From Saccostrea cucullata (lineage: Eukaryota): DNA of 64,000 nucleotides. Positions 54,609 to 64,000 of the stretch are shown here, one piece after another (positions within the stretch are counted from its first letter, which is position 1; each line of letters starts with the position of its first letter). The notes beneath the pieces are model-generated. The model saw only the letters and a list, made by a program, of their open reading frames with translations, ran no database searches and was not told the DNA's origin. The translations under genes and the position numbers were made by a program. The stretch covers positions 62,001-126,000 of the forward strand of contig NW_026921546.1 of assembly GCF_032062105.1 (NCBI RefSeq). The letters run 5' to 3'.

Positions 54609-54929
54609 CATTATATAAAATTTTAAAATCATTTTTCAAATTTTTCAAGAAGCTTAAATATGGTAAAATCTTTAAGGAACATTTTTCTAAAATGTTTTTG
54701 AAACGTTTTAAAAAATGATTCCAGTGGTATGTTTAGTTTGCAAATATTGTCGTTTACTGATTTTTATTGGAAAATTAAAATAAGTACACGACTATAATTT
54801 GAAAATCAGTAAAAGACAATATTAAAAAATTTTTATATTACGTTTTAAAAACATTCTATCCGATATTCGTAGGGAAAAGCAAGGTAGTCCCGACACTGTA
54901 AGGAGTTTTTTTTTTCTTTTGCATAGCTG

Positions 54930-55021
54930 CATCTTCACCAGCCAAGGGTTTTAGATCTGCACCACGTTTATGCGGGAGCGGTGCGGATCGACCGAAAACC
55001 TTAAGTTGGCTAGCGAAGATG
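54930..55021. mobile_element. ~90-bp foldback MITE
   Basis: CATCTTC.C.AGCCAA..GGTTTT..GATC.GCACC / GG.GCGGATC..AAAACC..TTGGCT.G.GAAGATG; GCATAG near both flanks. Confidence 0.6.
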
Positions 55022-55357
55022 GCATAGGTACTGATGCAGTATGATGGAGGTGGGGAAGAAAAATAGCTTACAAAGATATCTTGAGGGTCTAGAGGGACCC
55101 CCTGGAATTTGCAGATTTGTATACTAAACCAAGTAAAAAGTGACCTTGGACCCCCCCCCCCCCCCCCGGAAAACGCAGACCCCCCCCCCTCAAAAACTTG
55201 GATATGGTTAAGTTTGTATGAAAAGTCATAGGTATGAGTAGGTACATGTATGAAGAAGATATGGAAGTCAACGACTACCCACCCATAGGCGCTTAGTTTC
55301 AGGATGGTGTATTTTGTGTATTATGTGTTTTGCTAGGTGTGTCTGAATACCCTCATC

Positions 55358-55497
55358 AAAATAAAAACAAAAATTCGCTGAAATTAGCACGTTTTAAAAA
55401 TGTCATATTTACTGTATATTATAGATACCTTATCATATACAGTAAATATGACATTTTTTAAAACGTGCTAATTTCAGCGAATTTTTGTTTTTATTTT
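55358..55497. repeat. Near-perfect long inverted repeat (~62-bp arms, short spacer)
   Basis: AAAATAAAAACAAAAATTCGCTGAAATTAGCACGTTTTAAAAATGTCATATTTACTGTATAT and its reverse complement. Confidence 0.92.
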
Positions 55498-55548
55498 ATG
55501 CCCCCACCCCCGAAATAGGATTTTCACGTTTTGGCGAGAATTGATAAG

Positions 55549-55588
<40 letters not shown>

Positions 55589-55867
55589 TGTTAACAAATT
55601 TCTGGGTTGGGTGAGATTTTTTTCTTTTACAGGAGTGGAACCCCCCGCCCATGGAAAAAAATTCCTGGATCCGCGCCTGCAGCCTTTCAATGAATATTTT
55701 CAATGATGTAAATTAAAGGTTATGCTTGAAAATAATTAAAAACATCTGTTTGAATTAAATAATTTAATCTCCCCTTGTCCCTGAAAACGAAAGTATTATA
55801 CACTGTTATACCCGACTTATTTTTTTTAAATCTTCTTTGTCAAACCACGCATATTTCACTTTATGTG

Positions 55868-56226
55868 CAGGCACGTAGCATCGTTTTTGAAAATGGGGGG
55901 GCCAACCAGAGAAAAAATTTTTTTTACTTACCTGAAAAAGTTGACAAGCAAAAAAAAAAAAAGGGGGGGGGACTCGAAAATCCTATTTCGTGGGAGGGGG
56001 GGGGGTGTAGTTGCTACCTTTTTTTTCAAGGCCAACTTCCTTTCACTTACAATTTTTTCAATACAATACTACATATCCTTATACTATGGTAAGCAGTGGG
56101 GAGGGGGGCCGGGGGGGGGGGCAACCAACCTTTCAATAGACATTTTCAATAGTAAAGGTAATGTTGGGAAAAAAGTGGGGGGGGCAGGTCCCCCCCCCCC
56201 TGGCCCCCCCTGTTGCTACGTCCCTG
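55868..56226. mobile_element. G/C-run-rich MITE, CAGG termini, 5-bp TSD
   Basis: CAGGCACGTAGCA / TGCTACGTCCCTG; ATGTG on both flanks. Confidence 0.78.
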
Positions 56227-56289
56227 ATGTGTGAAAATAAATAGGTCTAGAAGAAACTACAACCAAACCAGCTCTTATTGAAAGTCAAG

Positions 56290-56352
56290 TGCATTTGCAC
56301 CAGAAATATGCAAATTATACAAAATTCCCTGTGACGTCAATTGTCACGTGAC
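56290..56352 (+). promoter_or_regulatory. Candidate ERK proximal promoter: octamer, CRE, palindromic E-box
   Basis: ATGCAAAT 56308-56315, TGACGTCA 56332-56339, GTCACGTGAC 56343-56352; ATG at 56369. Confidence 0.55.
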
Positions 56353-56368
56353 TCCTGGCTCTATCAAC

Positions 56369-60876
<4,508 letters not shown>

Positions 60877-61186
60877 TAGCATCTGTGTATATAATATACT
60901 GAAACGCAAAAGAAACGCAACAAGCAGTAATCTACAAATGTTTGAATTTTTTATCTAACGATTTTCAAAAAAGAATACAGTAAGGCTAAACTCACTTTTC
61001 GGAACATCAGAGATTTGATAAAAATTTTAAATGTTTACATGTTTTAACTGTAAGTAACATTTGACTGTTAAAACACCCCCCTCCCAGCCATTCAATTACA
61101 ATGTGCAAGACTGTCCTAAACAACAATTGCAGCTTAATTTCTACGATACAGTAGGTTAATTAATATCGAGATCTGAGCGAAGGAAT

Positions 61187-61397
61187 TACTGTAAAAGCAC
61201 ATATTTTCGTGGGTATAAAATTTCGTTGATTTGTCATCAAAAATAGTTTCGTTGGCATTTAATTTCGTTGTTTTGAATGTAATCCTATTCAATATATAGT
61301 CATTTAAATTTTCGTTTGGGATTTAATTTCGTTGATAATTGTTAACAACGAAATAAACGAAATTTAATCCCCCACGAATTTTTGTGCTTTTACAGTA
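61187..61397. mobile_element. TACTGTA..TACAGTA MITE (TA TSD); older relative at ~58197-58408
   Basis: TACTGTAAAAGCACA.ATTTTCGTGGG / CCCACGAATTTTTGTGCTTTTACAGTA; AATTTCGTTG repeats; core AATCCTATTCAATATATAGTCAT shared with the 58.3 kb copy. Confidence 0.85.
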
Positions 61398-61671
61398 TTC
61401 TTTGCCATTTTTAAATGCCTGTTTTTCAGATGATTAGGTCGAATTTTCTCTAACTTAGTGCATTGTAGTAACCCTTGGACTTCCGGTCCAAGGACTATCA
61501 TTTATGCATATGATATGTAAGACCCCATTGAGGCCTAATGTAGTGTAATTTTGCATCATCAACTCTCCATCACCTTTACTTTGAGATTTTCCAGCTAGAG
61601 CAATGGAAATGTGTACTTAAGCCATTTTCAAGAGGCCTTAGCATCGTTACGAGAAACAAAAGGAGATTTTA

Positions 61672-62953
61672 TTTTTAGCTCACCTCAACGAAGTTGGGGG
61701 AGCTTATGTAATACCCTCGGCGTCGGTGTCGGCGTCCCAGGTTAAGTTTTTTGGAGCAGTTTTCTTTTTAAGTACTTCTGTGTCCTATATTGATTAGACA
61801 TGCATGGAAGATGCATCTAGTGTGTTTCATTGTACAAGTCAAGTTTCAGATGCTGCAATTTCAGCAAAGGAATGACCAGGTTAATGTTTTTGGAGCAGGT
61901 TAACATTTTTGGTGCAGTTTTGGGTGTAGGTCTCATTTCCAAGGAAATATAAGCCCTATGTTGACCAAACTTGCATGGATGGTACATCTAAGGATGTACA
62001 CTACCAGACTTGCTTCGGATGCTGAATCTGACCAACATTTTCCGGTTGAGTGAACAGGTTAATGTTTTTGGTGCAGGTCTCATTTCCGATTAACTAGAAG
62101 TCCTATGTTGACCAAACTTGCAATGATGATACATCTAAGGATGTACACTACCAGACTTGCTTCGGATGCTGAATATGACCTACATTTTCCGGTTGGGTGA
62201 ACAGGTTAATGTTTTTGGTGCAGGTCTCATTTCTGAGTAACTAGAAGTCCTATGTTGACCAAACTTGCATTTATGATACATCTAAGGATGTACACTACTA
62301 GACTTGCTTCAGATGCTGAATCTGACCTACATTTTCTTGATGAGTGAACAGGTTAAAGTTTTTGGGGCAGGTTTCATTTCCAAGTAACAATGAGCCTATA
62401 ATGACTAAACTTGCATGGATGATACATCTTAGGATGCATACTACCAGACTGGCTTCAGATGCTGAATCTGACCTACATTTTTTTCTGGATGAGTGAAGAG
62501 GTTAAATTTTTATGCAGGTTTCATTTCTAAGTAACTATTAGCCCTATGTTGTGCAAACTCGCATGGATGATACATCTTAGGATGCATACTAATAGACTTG
62601 CTACGGATGCTGAATTCGACATACATTTTCCAGATAATGGACCAGGTGAAAGTTATGGGTGCAGGTCTATCACCAAGAAAGAATAAGGCTTAAATAAACC
62701 AAACTTGCCCAAATGATGCATCAAGGGATGAAAACTCTTAAACTTGCTTCAGATGCTGGATTTTGATCACATTTTCGTGATGAAGAACTAGTTTGAAGTT
62801 TTTATATAAGTCTATTCCAAAGTATCAGATCAAAATTGCATAAATTTTGCATTTTTGGATGTACACTTTTTGTTGGGTAATTGTGTGACTTTGCCTTACT
62901 TAAAGACAACATTCGTTGAGGTGAGCTCTGTAATCTCTGATTACCTATGTTTT
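61672..62953 (+). mobile_element. Helentron-associated non-autonomous element (HINE/pearl-like) with an internal ~147-bp tandem array
   Basis: T-run insertion site; 5' subTIR AGCTCACCTCAACG; 3' subTIR CGTTGAGGTGAGCT (62914-62927); 3' hairpin GTAATC-TCT-GATTAC; unit starts at 62055, 62202, 62349. Confidence 0.88.
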
Positions 62954-63036
62954 GAAATATTGCTGCATTACTTACGATGAACAGTTAAAACCCTTAAAAC
63001 TCCATAATATTGCCAAATGTTTTGTTAAACATGCAA

Positions 63037-63177
63037 TTTTTAGCTCACCTCAACGAAGTTGGGGGAGCTTATGTAATACCCTCGGCGTCGGTGTCGGCGT
63101 TGGCGTCCCGGGTTAAGGTTAAGTTTTTATACCCCCCGCAAACGAAGTTTGGGGGGTGTATAAGAATCACCTTGTCC

Positions 63178-63215
<38 letters not shown>

Positions 63216-64000
63216 CTGTGCAATCGTGTCCGGTCCATATCTTTCTTACAGAGGGACATTAGAATCTACTACTCCACACTAAGATTGCCCATGACCCAAG
63301 GGTGTGTCATGACCTTGACCCAAGGTCATTTGGGGAAGTTCAAGGTCACTGGAAGAAAAATTTCATAATTTGTGTTTGATACATATCTTTATTATGGAAA
63401 AACGTACCTCTGAAAAACCCAGCGGGGGGTATTTTGTCCCGTTTGGACAGTTGTAGTTTGGAGCAGTTTTCTTTTTAAGTACTTCTATGTCCTATATTGA
63501 TTAGACTTGCATGGAAGATGTTTCTAATGTGTTTCATTGTACCAGTCAAAGTTTCAGATGCTGCAATATCAGCAAAGGAATGACCAGGTTAATGTTTTTG
63601 GAGCAGGTTAACATTTTTGGTGCAGTTTTGGGTGTAGGTCTCATTTTCGAGTAACTATAAGCCCTATGTTGACCAAACTTGCACAGATGGTACATCTAAG
63701 GATATACACTACCAGACTTGCTTCGGATGCTGAATCTGACCTACATTTTCCGGTTGAGTGAACATTACCAGGCCTGCTTTGGATGCTGAATGTGACCTAC
63801 ATTTTCCAGTTGAGTGATTAGGTTAAAGTTTTTGGTGCAGGTTTCATTTCCAAGATACTATGAACCCTATAATGACCAAACTTGCATGGACGATACATCT
63901 AAGGTTGCATTCTACCAGGCTTGCTTTGGATGCTGAATCTGACTTACATTTTTTTGGATGAGTGAAGAGGTTAAATTTTCATGCAAGTTTCATTTCTTAG
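63037..64000 (+). mobile_element. Second copy of the same HINE family, truncated by the window end
   Basis: Identical 5' end TTTTTAGCTCACCTCAACGAAGTTGGGGGAGCTTATGTAATACC and the same repeat unit. Confidence 0.88.
63124..63459 (+). mobile_element. Different HINE family nested in a T-run of the second HINE
   Basis: subTIRs ATACCCCCCGC / GCGGGGGGTAT; (GTCT)n microsatellite; internal TGACCTTG palindrome; 3' hairpin TGTCC-CGTTT-GGACA; host sequence resumes at GGAGCAG. Confidence 0.85.

Noticed and set aside
55496-56234. Gly/Lys-rich ORFs
   Set aside because: Translation products of homopolymer runs inside MITEs

Overview
AT-rich, intron-rich animal genomic DNA with one 150-N gap (10198-10347). 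The repeat landscape suggests a bivalve mollusc, probably an oyster (inference). Genes reconstructed by hand from splice signals: (1) a metabotropic-glutamate-receptor-like class C GPCR on the - strand (ATG 8370, 9 coding exons, runs off the left edge) whose pocket lacks the residues that bind glutamate's distal carboxylate; (2) three tandem + strand beta-microseminoprotein (MSMB/PSP94)-fold genes (15.1-27.9 kb), two ending in Ser/Thr stalks plus GPI-like tails and one apparently disrupted; (3) a single-coding-exon rhodopsin-family peptide/chemoreceptor-like GPCR (36608-37816); (4) a C1orf50/DUF2452 homologue on the - strand, head-to-head with (5) ERK1/2 MAP kinase (first 5 exons, TEY motif, one U12-type intron). 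The non-coding space holds Naiad-type Penelope-like retroelements (N-terminal GIY-YIG, CxC linker, RT), many MITEs with readable TSDs, and nested Helentron-type (HINE) elements with ~147-bp satellite arrays. Most notable observations: recurrent tandem 'echoes' of exon-intron junctions (one forms a candidate in-frame ERK micro-exon), a retroelement 3' end coinciding with the ERK U12 branch site, a MITE carrying a phased TTAGGGTTAG array, and membrane-anchored MSMB-fold proteins. Coordinates were counted by hand; repeat boundaries may be off by a few bases.
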